DNA of 50,466 nucleotides from a virus (Duplodnaviria > Caudoviricetes). Within the stretch, counting starts at the first letter, position 1. Each line of letters starts with the position of its first letter. The translations under genes and the position numbers were made by a program. Positions 18,143 through 27,068 of the stretch are shown piece by piece. The notes under the pieces are model-generated. The model did not search any database. It saw nothing but the letters and a program-made list of their open reading frames with translations, and had not been told where the DNA came from. Where the stretch lies: the IMG/VR virus record IMGVR_UViG_3300024356_000616, positions 1-50,466 of that record, one strand, 5' to 3'.

Positions 18143-19843
18143 TTATTCAGTCTCCATCTGTGCTAAAGAGGGATCATTGCCCATGGGTAGTACACGCTCG
18201 TAAGTGGAATCATCATTCTTTCTATTTTGCTCGTTGTAACTGAAAACCTTTTTAGTCTTGTCGTCCAAAGGAGGCTCATCAGGATTGTGGCGTATGGACT
18301 CCACAAACAACTGCTCCAAGTATGTTCCACGCATTTGATCGAACTTCTCATCCCTAACCTTAATAATTTCCAGATTTTGCAAATCGCTGTTTGGTTTCTC
18401 ATCTATAAAGGATTTTACCGTTACACCCTTTATACCTTGGGACTCTTGGAAAAATGTAAGTTTTTTAGCGTGAGCCTCTTTAAGGTCAAATTTTGCAGAA
18501 CCTTGTGTAAATGTTGGTTTAAGTGCAATGTTTGATAGTGTTGCTTCGTTTGAATTAACTAGTGAATCCACAGTGTCTAATACGCCGGACAGGCGAGTAA
18601 CATGAAATTTCACAAAAGATCCTATTACATCTTCTTCCAGAGATATTGTGTACATACCGGAATACGGTTTATAAGGTATTCTTTTTTCAATGATAAAAAG
18701 TGCCAGATATTCCAACTCGTGTTTTTCTGACAAGTTGTTACCGTAGATTGTAATATCAATCTTGTCTTCACGCAATGGCATAAATGAACTAGCAAAGTCT
18801 TTTATTCCAGTAAATGCAGTATTAAACCTTGACCCTGCACTTCCACCAGAACCTGTTATAGTATTTACCACCGCATTGATACCGCTTGATATGGAGTCTG
18901 AGAGGGATTTCTGCGAGACTGTAAGGTATTGTTTTACCTCCAACCGAGTAATGTTTTTCATTTTTGGGTAGGGTATGTCAGACACATTATTTATTGTTGC
19001 TTTTTCCGAAGACTTTCTCTTCCTTGTGTCCAAATGGTGGTGCATTTCCCTGTCAACGAAAGAGTACTCAAGCTTGAGGGAGTCTGGTGATAATTTGCAT
19101 TTGACCACATCCCTCTTAAAACCAATTGGGGATGGAATATTTAGCCATTCCCTAAAATCGTCTGGTGAGTATTTATGCCGTACTAAATAATCTGATCTGA
19201 AATGCGCAACTCCCATAACTTTTCGTGTTGTGTAAAAATCCTGATCAATTTCGTGCTCCATTACAAACTGGTTGGAAACCATTGGGTATTCTGGAGCACC
19301 AAACCTAAAAGATTCATTTATGTCTGTGGATACCACAAACTCTACCACCATGGATTGCAAACCGCTGACACTGCGGACAGTTAGGGAAACTGGTTTAGGT
19401 CCATTATTGCAATCAACTAGAGCATCAACGGATGGAGACTCCAGCATAACACTATCCCCAACCACATACTTAAGCTTTTGCCGTGGTTGCATGAGCATGT
19501 GTCGCAATAAACTTTCAATTCTTGCTACTGGTGGCAGCTTTAGGGGATTGTTACCATACACCGAAAAAGCTGGATCACTTGCACCACCATTGCTGTTGGG
19601 ACCGTCCGTTGGTTCGTTAGTGTAACAGGTGGAAAATGATGCGTATGCATCCTTGGGAAGTTCTGAATAATCTATATCTGTGTCAGGGTACACCACAGCG
19701 TTAATGGAAAGAATATGTCTGGTGTACATATAATGTGTACGCTCTTTGTCAGAGTACACTGGTTCTTTTTTATACTCATTCAGCTTTACAATATTTAATT
19801 TGATGGGGCCGTACCTGAGGTAATTAGCTGAGTTAGTAGCCAT
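18143..19843 (-). CDS. Hypothetical tail protein
   Basis: 566-aa ORF in the tail operon. Confidence 0.6.
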   Translation of the reverse strand: MATNSANYLRYGPIKLNIVKLNEYKKEPVYSDKERTHYMYTRHILSINAVVYPDTDIDYSELPKDAYASFSTCYTNEPTDGPNSNGGASDPAFSVYGNNPLKLPPVARIESLLRHMLMQPRQKLKYVVGDSVMLESPSVDALVDCNNGPKPVSLTVRSVSGLQSMVVEFVVSTDINESFRFGAPEYPMVSNQFVMEHEIDQDFYTTRKVMGVAHFRSDYLVRHKYSPDDFREWLNIPSPIGFKRDVVKCKLSPDSLKLEYSFVDREMHHHLDTRKRKSSEKATINNVSDIPYPKMKNITRLEVKQYLTVSQKSLSDSISSGINAVVNTITGSGGSAGSRFNTAFTGIKDFASSFMPLREDKIDITIYGNNLSEKHELEYLALFIIEKRIPYKPYSGMYTISLEEDVIGSFVKFHVTRLSGVLDTVDSLVNSNEATLSNIALKPTFTQGSAKFDLKEAHAKKLTFFQESQGIKGVTVKSFIDEKPNSDLQNLEIIKVRDEKFDQMRGTYLEQLFVESIRHNPDEPPLDDKTKKVFSYNEQNRKNDDSTYERVLPMGNDPSLAQMETE

Positions 19844-20378
19844 CGTTTGTCACCCCCAGCATGTACCTGCATTCGAAAGCAAGGATGGAAATACCGTATT
19901 GCTTTTGCGCATCCTTCTCGTCACCACCCCTTGTGTAACCATCCTGAGAGTGTCCCACAAAGTCTTGTATGGGTTGTGTCATGCGCATTGGTTCAATCAG
20001 AAGATCATTACCAGATGAATCCTTGAGCCTTCGAAGGTGGAGCAGGTTTATAACCTGCTCCTCCCTTGCGAGGTGTCCTAAGGTAGGATCTAGCAACCAC
20101 CTCTCGTCACTGTTGGAAACATCCACACCAAACCTTGTGCGAATTGCCACATACATCTGCCTTTGCACGACAGATGCAAGCCTTCCACTACCCTGCACAA
20201 ATCCATCTTCTGGTGTGGGGGAACCCGGTCTGATAATGAAGTCCTGATCACCTGTGAAATTGGGAATAATTGTTTTTGCAACCAGCAGAACCTTGTGGGA
20301 TCCCACTGCAAGTTCGTTCACTAGCAATGTCTTGATCGCAGTGAGTATGTTACCCGTGTTGCTCTTTATTAATGCCAT
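19833..20378 (-). CDS. Tail completion/terminator-like protein
   Basis: Size and pattern (IL.AIK..L start, C-terminal beta strand F.C.Y). Confidence 0.45.
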   Translation of the reverse strand: MALIKSNTGNILTAIKTLLVNELAVGSHKVLLVAKTIIPNFTGDQDFIIRPGSPTPEDGFVQGSGRLASVVQRQMYVAIRTRFGVDVSNSDERWLLDPTLGHLAREEQVINLLHLRRLKDSSGNDLLIEPMRMTQPIQDFVGHSQDGYTRGGDEKDAQKQYGISILAFECRYMLGVTNDGY

Positions 20379-22510
20379 TACAGTCCTAACTCGCTGAAGT
20401 AGGGCAATTGAATGTTTACATACGAGTAAGACGGTGCGGTTTGCATTGGGAACCCGCTTCCCACAGAACTTGCAAAAGTGCCACCACCCCCACTATTCCC
20501 ACCTACTGGTGGTAAAGGTGGAGTATTATCGTGCCTTTCCCCTGTTGGCACTCTTGGTATGTGAGGTTCTCTGTTTTCTCTTGGTTCTTTAGGTTCTTTA
20601 GTTTCTTTGGGTTCAGTAGTCTCACGTGGTTCATGTGGTTCTGCACGTGGTTCATGTGGTTCTGCACGTGGTTCATGTGGTTCATGTGGTTCATGTGGTT
20701 CAGTAGTCTCACGTGGTTCACGTAGAGTACTTCTAGGGGCTTTGCTTTCTTCGCCACGAATGTGCCTAAAAGTATCTATTTGATCATGTCGAATATCTCT
20801 GTGCTCTTGAGTATCTTTTATATCTTGAATTTTTTCTTGAGTTTTTTGTTGAGCTATTTCCTGAATTTTGGAACTACGTGCATTAGTCTGAGATTTATAC
20901 TCTTTAGTAGCCTCTGCTTTTTGCTCTGGAGTAATATCAGGTTTTTTTACTTTCTCCATGTATGTATCAAAAAGTAATTGCTCTGAGGGAGTTTCAGCAT
21001 CATTTTCAATTTGTTCTTTAGCATCCTGTTTAGCATTAGTTTCAATTTGCTCAGTTTTAGAGCTAACCTCGTTAGCGTTTTTAGAACTCCTTGCGCTTTG
21101 AGATTTATAATCTTTAATCCCACCTGCAACATCAGTTGCAGCATTTTTAGTGTTTCCGGTATTGTACCCAATGTCCCTAACAACTCTTTGTTTGGCTAAT
21201 CTATCTATTTGCTCGGAGGAAAGGTTTTGATTTTCTTTCCTACCTGCTATTTCTGCACGAGCCTGCTTGTATTTAAGGTCATAGTTGGCAACAGATGTGT
21301 AAACCTCGTGCCCACTATCTAGAGCATCCGCAGCATTTCCTAGCATTGCAGAGTTTTGAAAAGCCTCTTCCCCTTTATCAACTATTTTGTTAGCTCTTCT
21401 CTGCACTTGTTGCTTTGCTTCGATGGCTTTTTTAGACGCACCGGTTAGATTTTTTGGAGAACCTTTTGCAAAGGGAAGAGCAATACCTAGAGCATTTGCT
21501 GCCATTTGTTTGTTGCCTAAGCTCCATACGAATCCACCCACATCCCCGCTAAAAAGCTTATGTGTATGAACATCCCCGTATAAATTTTCTGCATATGCTT
21601 TTGAATAACCAGCAACAGCACTAACTGCATTTCTAGCGAATTGGGGAACTCCGTCTATTTTTGCAAGGGTGTCATCCAAAGCATGTGTCCCAAGCTTAAC
21701 CCCCTCAGTAGCTACAAACTTTTTACTTCCATGTTTTACACCCTCATAGGCTACTCTACCCATTGCCCTGAGTGCTTGAGTACCCTTACCAACACCTCCG
21801 GCAACAAATCGTAATGCAACTCCTCCGGGCACAACAGCAGTTGCTGCTGTTAGTCCAACATCCATTGCAAGACCTATATTAGCTCTTTTAAGCTCAGCAT
21901 CTGCATCATTTCTATCGCTATTTGCATCAGTAAAAGATGCTTGTCTTTGAGAGTATATTTTTTCAGCTAACTCTTTCTTTTTTACAGGGTCTTTTTCCCC
22001 AGCTACATCTTTTGCAGTCTTTTCGGCATCTGCGACAATAGATTGTGCTCGATTTAGAAAATAGTCTTCTCTATCCGCATCAGAACCACGAGTAGTTCTA
22101 CCATACCAATTTTTTTCACCCCTCCTATATTGGAAACCATCGTTATCCATGGTTTCACGCTCAAGTTGAAATGACTTTTCTGCCTCCTTCCTTACTTCAG
22201 GTGGTAAAGATTCAAGCTTTTTCCTAAGAGCATCCCCTTTATCCAACCTAGACATCATTACCTTTTGAGCAATTTCCGGGTTTTTTGTGGTGGACATTAA
22301 ATCTTTGCTTAAATGTCCACCTATTTCCTGAGAAGTTAAAAACTCTTCTCTCTGCTCGTTAGTAAATCTAGGGCTTTTTAAAATGTCAGACATGCTAAGA
22401 TTTGCAACAGTATCCTTATTCATGCCAGCTTTAACTGCCATGTTTTCTAGGCGGGTACGTGCAATCTTAAAATCAGCAAAATACTCATTTGCTGATGGAG
22501 TTCTTGGCAT
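20378..22510 (-). CDS. Tape-measure-like or DNA-ejection protein
   Basis: Helical and Ala/Lys-rich, central hydrophobic Gly/Ala segment, follows the tube-like genes. Confidence 0.5.
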   Translation of the reverse strand: MPRTPSANEYFADFKIARTRLENMAVKAGMNKDTVANLSMSDILKSPRFTNEQREEFLTSQEIGGHLSKDLMSTTKNPEIAQKVMMSRLDKGDALRKKLESLPPEVRKEAEKSFQLERETMDNDGFQYRRGEKNWYGRTTRGSDADREDYFLNRAQSIVADAEKTAKDVAGEKDPVKKKELAEKIYSQRQASFTDANSDRNDADAELKRANIGLAMDVGLTAATAVVPGGVALRFVAGGVGKGTQALRAMGRVAYEGVKHGSKKFVATEGVKLGTHALDDTLAKIDGVPQFARNAVSAVAGYSKAYAENLYGDVHTHKLFSGDVGGFVWSLGNKQMAANALGIALPFAKGSPKNLTGASKKAIEAKQQVQRRANKIVDKGEEAFQNSAMLGNAADALDSGHEVYTSVANYDLKYKQARAEIAGRKENQNLSSEQIDRLAKQRVVRDIGYNTGNTKNAATDVAGGIKDYKSQSARSSKNANEVSSKTEQIETNAKQDAKEQIENDAETPSEQLLFDTYMEKVKKPDITPEQKAEATKEYKSQTNARSSKIQEIAQQKTQEKIQDIKDTQEHRDIRHDQIDTFRHIRGEESKAPRSTLREPRETTEPHEPHEPHEPRAEPHEPRAEPHEPRETTEPKETKEPKEPRENREPHIPRVPTGERHDNTPPLPPVGGNSGGGGTFASSVGSGFPMQTAPSYSYVNIQLPYFSELGL
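20575..20722. repeat. In-frame tandem repeats encoding (EPH)n/EPRA/EPK
   Basis: GTGGTTCAT 9-mers, 21-bp units, and two GGTTCAGTAGTCTCACGTGGTTCA copies. Confidence 0.9.
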
Positions 22511-22521
22511 GTCTAAACTCT

Positions 22522-23187
22522 TTAGTTAAAGTTTGGAAGTAGTGAAAAATCAAAAATAGCAGGATCTGTGGTAAACAATCTGAGCACATAATTGCCAGTT
22601 GTCATACCCTGTTCCGATTTTGTGGCCCCTGTTGAGGCAGTACCCTTCACAATTGCAGGGTGTGCTTCTGCTTTTAATTGCACCTTCTTGGAATGTGTTC
22701 CAACCTGTGCGTATGTAAAATTTGCAGGAACTATTGATGGGAACCAATAACCTTTTGGAAGGGTAGGGTCAACAGCCGTATTCTGAGCAAACTCAAACTT
22801 GATTGCAAGCCAGTACCCAGTGTTATCCACTGCTATATTACTATATTCAGTGAGTCCTCCAATCTGGCCACTGTCATACACTCCGGGTTGGTGGTCAGCA
22901 TTGTGTCTTTTTTCTTTTGACCCAGTGTTACCTATAAGACTTAAAAGCTTATCTTCATTAAACCTAGTAAACAGTGCGCTAATGCTGCTTTTGTGGCCTC
23001 TTAAAACAAGGTCAATAGGAGCACTACCAGCAACATCGTTGTTCACATCCTCCCACATGTACTCAGTCTCAATTTCAGGAGACTTTTCACATGTGCCTAG
23101 GTAGATGGCATTAGCTATGGTGTCTGTCTTATGCCCAACAAAGATGTGCGCTGGACCCGTTACATGAATTTTTGCGAAAGTTGCCAT
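22522..23187 (-). CDS. Tail tube-like protein, paralog 2
   Basis: TGPAHIFVG..YLGTCEKSP shared with the adjacent gene. Confidence 0.55.
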   Translation of the reverse strand: MATFAKIHVTGPAHIFVGHKTDTIANAIYLGTCEKSPEIETEYMWEDVNNDVAGSAPIDLVLRGHKSSISALFTRFNEDKLLSLIGNTGSKEKRHNADHQPGVYDSGQIGGLTEYSNIAVDNTGYWLAIKFEFAQNTAVDPTLPKGYWFPSIVPANFTYAQVGTHSKKVQLKAEAHPAIVKGTASTGATKSEQGMTTGNYVLRLFTTDPAIFDFSLLPNFN

Positions 23188-23188
23188 G

Positions 23189-23824
23189 TTAGTTCACCTT
23201 TTCTTTCAGTGCATTGGGTACAGTGGTTAAATGTTTGTAAAGAACAAACTCACGAATACTTGCAGGACCTGCTGCGCCATTTGAATCGACATTTGTCAGG
23301 CTATCTGTTTTTATGCTCATTTTTGGAATAGATCTTAGTGCAATTTCAATAGTTCTTGCCCTAGTGCTAAGTTCAGCAAGTTTAAATTTAACGGGAACTA
23401 CGCTTACAAAGTGCAAACCTTCAGGAGCATCGGTGTTCGATGATCCTGTTCTGAAAGAAGAGTGGAAGGGGAAATAGAACAACACATCAAAATCCAAAGA
23501 CATTGCCTGTGCAAGACCACCAAGCTTATTCTTCTCTATTTCTCCCCTGCGAGTTGCACCGTAGTACCCTGATTCAATCTTGGCGTATTCGACCTCGTCA
23601 TACCTGTTCATCACACCCTGAATGGTGGCAATCTGTCCCTGCATGGCGTGCGATATTGCACTTTCCCCACCTATATCATTCATCACAGGCTGAGTTAAAG
23701 TCTGGATATCAATCACAGGACTCTTTTCAAATGTTCCCAAGTATTCAAGTCCCGTCACATCTGTATTCTCCGCAGAACGCCCAATAAACATGTGCGCTGG
23801 TCCTGTAGTCATTATCTGTGCCAT
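23189..23824 (-). CDS. Tail tube-like protein, paralog 1
   Basis: TGPAHMFIG..YLGTFEKSP; follows the head-tail connector. Confidence 0.55.
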   Translation of the reverse strand: MAQIMTTGPAHMFIGRSAENTDVTGLEYLGTFEKSPVIDIQTLTQPVMNDIGGESAISHAMQGQIATIQGVMNRYDEVEYAKIESGYYGATRRGEIEKNKLGGLAQAMSLDFDVLFYFPFHSSFRTGSSNTDAPEGLHFVSVVPVKFKLAELSTRARTIEIALRSIPKMSIKTDSLTNVDSNGAAGPASIREFVLYKHLTTVPNALKEKVN

Positions 23825-23826
23825 TG

Positions 23827-24354
23827 TTACCCTCTATTGTTGAAGTTCTCGTTTATGTTGGATACACGCATTCCGAAGAACCTATCTAACTCATTGGAAA
23901 ACAATGATATGTTTTTGCTTATTACAGCTTGATTAGGTACTGATGCGTTTTGATTTGCTTCTATCTCGAACAATCTGTCACCTTGGCGCAGTTGTTCCAG
24001 TATTTGCTCGCTCTCCTTGGCTCGTGAGGTCATTGCAACCATGTCCTCGCCACCATAACCACGCCTTGCAATCAGGAGAGCATATGCAAGGTCGCAGCAC
24101 AACCTTTTGAGAAGTGCCTTGGATTCATCAGTCATACTCAGCAGGTCAGATAGCTTGTACCTCTTACCTGCAAGTATTGCACTATTGATCATGCCAGAAG
24201 CATCTGAGAGGGCGGTCTGTGTGACCGCCCCCGCAGTGGTGTTTCCCTTAAGATCAACCTCGGATGCACGTGTGTCGTTGTCGTTTACAAGATCACCAAT
24301 GCGCCTAAGGTCATACCTCTTAAGCAAGTCGTCAACTGATGCATGTGATGCCAT
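23827..24354 (-). CDS. Mu gp36-like (DUF1320) head-tail connector
   Basis: ASVDDLLKRY..ALSDAS.MINS....Y...LKRLCCDLAY; directly after the capsid gene. Confidence 0.85.
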   Translation of the reverse strand: MASHASVDDLLKRYDLRRIGDLVNDNDTRASEVDLKGNTTAGAVTQTALSDASGMINSAILAGKRYKLSDLLSMTDESKALLKRLCCDLAYALLIARRGYGGEDMVAMTSRAKESEQILEQLRQGDRLFEIEANQNASVPNQAVISKNISLFSNELDRFFGMRVSNINENFNNRG

Positions 24355-24356
24355 AG

Positions 24357-25451
24357 TTAAGCAATCGAGTTCTTGAAGTGGAATGCAGTAACAGGAGCAA
24401 CAACTTCCACACCGTAGTCTTCCACGATGCGTGCATTGATACGCCTGTTATCTGGATCGTCCTTCTGTTCCACAGTCATTTCTTCGTAGGCGAAGATGTG
24501 CGCAGTGGAGTAGGAAGGAGATCCTTCAAAACCCACCAAATCACCGGGGCGTGCAAGGACAAAAATATCATCCTCTCCCAGTACATAATCGGCGGATCTG
24601 GATGCGCCCTTCTTGTTGCTTACTCGCACAACATCTTCAATGATGATGTCGTAACCGTACAACTTGTCAGGCAAACCATACTTGCCGTTAATGCTGTCAG
24701 AATCACCACGCACCTGTGCAAGTGCAATGGGGGATTCCTTCAGGTAGGTATGAAGTTCCTTGCTGCGTGAGATGGCATCAGCAGCAGTTGGGTTCATGAT
24801 GATGCACATGTCTTTGGGACCACATGCACCAAGGGTGTCCTTGTTGATCTTTCGAGCAACTGCATTGAGTGCCTTCTTGAACACAGGTCCAGCAGATGTA
24901 CCTGTGTTAAGGTCACCGGAATCACCCTCATTGAGGGCCTTACCACCTGTATAGGCGTTAGATGCAGTAGTGCAATTCTGAGATGTGATTTCTCCATCAG
25001 TGCTTGATGCAAGGAGTTTATCCCACACCTTTACAGTGCGTGCTGTCATAGCCTGCTGGGCGTTCATTGCACTGTAAGATGCAACAATCTTCCAATCGGC
25101 CTGATCAACAGCCTTATAACCAAGTCTGAATGGGAACACGTAACGAGTGGTGTTGAATGACAACCATTCAAACTTCTCATTATTCCACTCGCCGTGTGGA
25201 GCATCATTACCATCGTGCCATACGTGATCTTTCAAATCAGCGTATGCTACACGAGCAGCTTGCTCAGCGTTGAGTTTAAGGTAATAACCTGAAGACTTCT
25301 TCACTGGAGTAATGGTTACATACTTGTTCAGTGGGAAATCTTTTGGGTTACGTGAGAACGATACTACTAGCTGCCCAGTCGCATCAAACGAGGGAATATA
25401 TGTATTATTCCCTGAAGGAAACTGTGCTGCACTACTTACGATATCAGCCAT
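24357..25451 (-). CDS. Major capsid protein
   Basis: 364 aa; synteny protease-decoration-capsid-gp36; C-terminal E.VVAP..AFHFKN. Confidence 0.85.
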   Translation of the reverse strand: MADIVSSAAQFPSGNNTYIPSFDATGQLVVSFSRNPKDFPLNKYVTITPVKKSSGYYLKLNAEQAARVAYADLKDHVWHDGNDAPHGEWNNEKFEWLSFNTTRYVFPFRLGYKAVDQADWKIVASYSAMNAQQAMTARTVKVWDKLLASSTDGEITSQNCTTASNAYTGGKALNEGDSGDLNTGTSAGPVFKKALNAVARKINKDTLGACGPKDMCIIMNPTAADAISRSKELHTYLKESPIALAQVRGDSDSINGKYGLPDKLYGYDIIIEDVVRVSNKKGASRSADYVLGEDDIFVLARPGDLVGFEGSPSYSTAHIFAYEEMTVEQKDDPDNRRINARIVEDYGVEVVAPVTAFHFKNSIA

Positions 25452-25469
25452 TATTAGTGTCCTTTCTTA

Positions 25470-25892
25470 TTAAGCAATGGTTACTTGGTGAGGGTTTACT
25501 TGGATAAGGCATTTTTCACCAGCACTTACAGTTTGCAGTGCGATACCGCCAACATTGTAAGTTCCAGCAGTAGTACCAACATTTACAGCCTTACCATCTG
25601 CGTCAGACTTGACCAGTGAACCAGCAGTGCACCCACCAGTACCAGCAGTAACCACGCACACATCTGCAAGACCGAAAACCTTGAGGGTTTTACCGGAAGT
25701 CGCAGCATAATAAGTCTGAGAACTACCCAGTGCTTCTGCAATACCGGGAGGTGCAAGAGAACCTTCCTGCGCCACACCGATAATAGATTCACCTGCGCCA
25801 GACTGCGCAACAGTGAACTCGCCACTAATCCTTACAAATCTTGCAGGGAAAATATTCCCGCTTGCAGTAAAAGCCGGATTGTACAACGGCAT
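25470..25892 (-). CDS. Capsid decoration/cement protein (DUF2190-like)
   Basis: AG.LVKSDADGKAV...GIAL motif; AGGAGG RBS before MPLYNP. Confidence 0.8.
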   Translation of the reverse strand: MPLYNPAFTASGNIFPARFVRISGEFTVAQSGAGESIIGVAQEGSLAPPGIAEALGSSQTYYAATSGKTLKVFGLADVCVVTAGTGGCTAGSLVKSDADGKAVNVGTTAGTYNVGGIALQTVSAGEKCLIQVNPHQVTIA

Positions 25893-25907
25893 TACCAACC
25901 TCCTAAA

Positions 25908-27068
25908 TTAGAGAACCTTTTCGGCATTCATTTTGTCCAACGCTTCGGCGTAGGTGATGCCGTGTGATGTTGCGTAGTCGATAGCTGCATTAACCTCGTC
26001 CTTGGTTCGACCACGCAACGCACCAGAACGGGATTCGGTTATGTAAGAGGTGCGCATTCCACCAAGTGGTGCTTTCTGATACCTCTTACGAATGATTTGC
26101 AGGTGAGACTTGTACTTGGTGTCAGGCATTCCAGACACAAGTTCCAACTCCTCACCACGGTCCAACATGTAACCTTCTGCTTCCAGTTCAATAAGATCCT
26201 TCTCACGCTCTGCACGTTGGAACTTGAGCTTGAGTGTGTTAATCTCCTTGTGGAGCACTTGGTTTTCCTGCTCCATTCTGGAAAGCTTGATTCTGTCGTA
26301 CCTTTTACCACGTGAAGCTTGCACAGGTTGTTCTTCCTCGGCAGATTCCTCAGGAAGTGGTGCACCTTCATCCATTGGCATTTCTTCTGCTCCAGCTTCG
26401 GGTGGCATTGCCTCAGGGGGCATTGCACCCTCAGGTGGTGCACCTTCAGGGGGCATTGCACCAGCATCGGGTGGCATTTCACCCTCGGTTGGTACACCTG
26501 CATCCTGACCAGACTGTGCTGCTAGTTGTGTAAGGAACTGCCACACGTCAGTCTGTTGGAGTGCGTTAAGTACTGCGTCAACTATTTCTTGTTTGTTATC
26601 CATTTCCATCGTCCTTTGATACTTTTTAACCCCGTTCTTACTCAAACGGAGAAGGCCAAGATCCCTTTCTGGAGTAGTTGCACCAAGCAAACTAATGGGA
26701 TCAATTTTGTAATCTGATAACCACAGTTCAATGCTGCGCCTTGGGAAGTTGCGCACCTTGTCCACTGTGTTTTTGAAGAATTTGAAAGTCGCAGTGATAC
26801 ACTTGCGACCTGTCTTGAAGAATGGTTCAACCTTTAAATTGGTGGCGTACCCAACAATCTCAGGTTGCTCGCTCTCTGGTGCATCGTCCTTCGTGTGTCC
26901 GATCACCAGTGGAATTTCATCGCCAGTATTGCTCATACGAGTATTGTTCGTATTTACAATTTCTTGCAACTTATCCTTGTCGAGCCTTATCACCACATTC
27001 CCCTTGTTATCCTTCAACTCGTGCTCGTCAAGGATTGGAACATGGTGCTTAACAATCATATCTTCCAT
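25908..27068 (-). CDS. Mu-like prohead protease/scaffold
   Basis: PLVIGH, RRSIEL, ISLLGATTP protease domain followed by an acidic Pro-rich and coiled-coil scaffold. Confidence 0.8.
   Translation of the reverse strand: MEDMIVKHHVPILDEHELKDNKGNVVIRLDKDKLQEIVNTNNTRMSNTGDEIPLVIGHTKDDAPESEQPEIVGYATNLKVEPFFKTGRKCITATFKFFKNTVDKVRNFPRRSIELWLSDYKIDPISLLGATTPERDLGLLRLSKNGVKKYQRTMEMDNKQEIVDAVLNALQQTDVWQFLTQLAAQSGQDAGVPTEGEMPPDAGAMPPEGAPPEGAMPPEAMPPEAGAEEMPMDEGAPLPEESAEEEQPVQASRGKRYDRIKLSRMEQENQVLHKEINTLKLKFQRAEREKDLIELEAEGYMLDRGEELELVSGMPDTKYKSHLQIIRKRYQKAPLGGMRTSYITESRSGALRGRTKDEVNAAIDYATSHGITYAEALDKMNAEKVL

Noticed and set aside
20575-20722. CRISPR-like array
   Set aside because: Repeats are contiguous, in frame and coding, with no unique spacers and no cas genes
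24210-24230. GGGCGGTC/GACCGCCC hairpin as a post-capsid terminator
   Set aside because: Lies inside a CDS and lacks a U-tract; insufficient support
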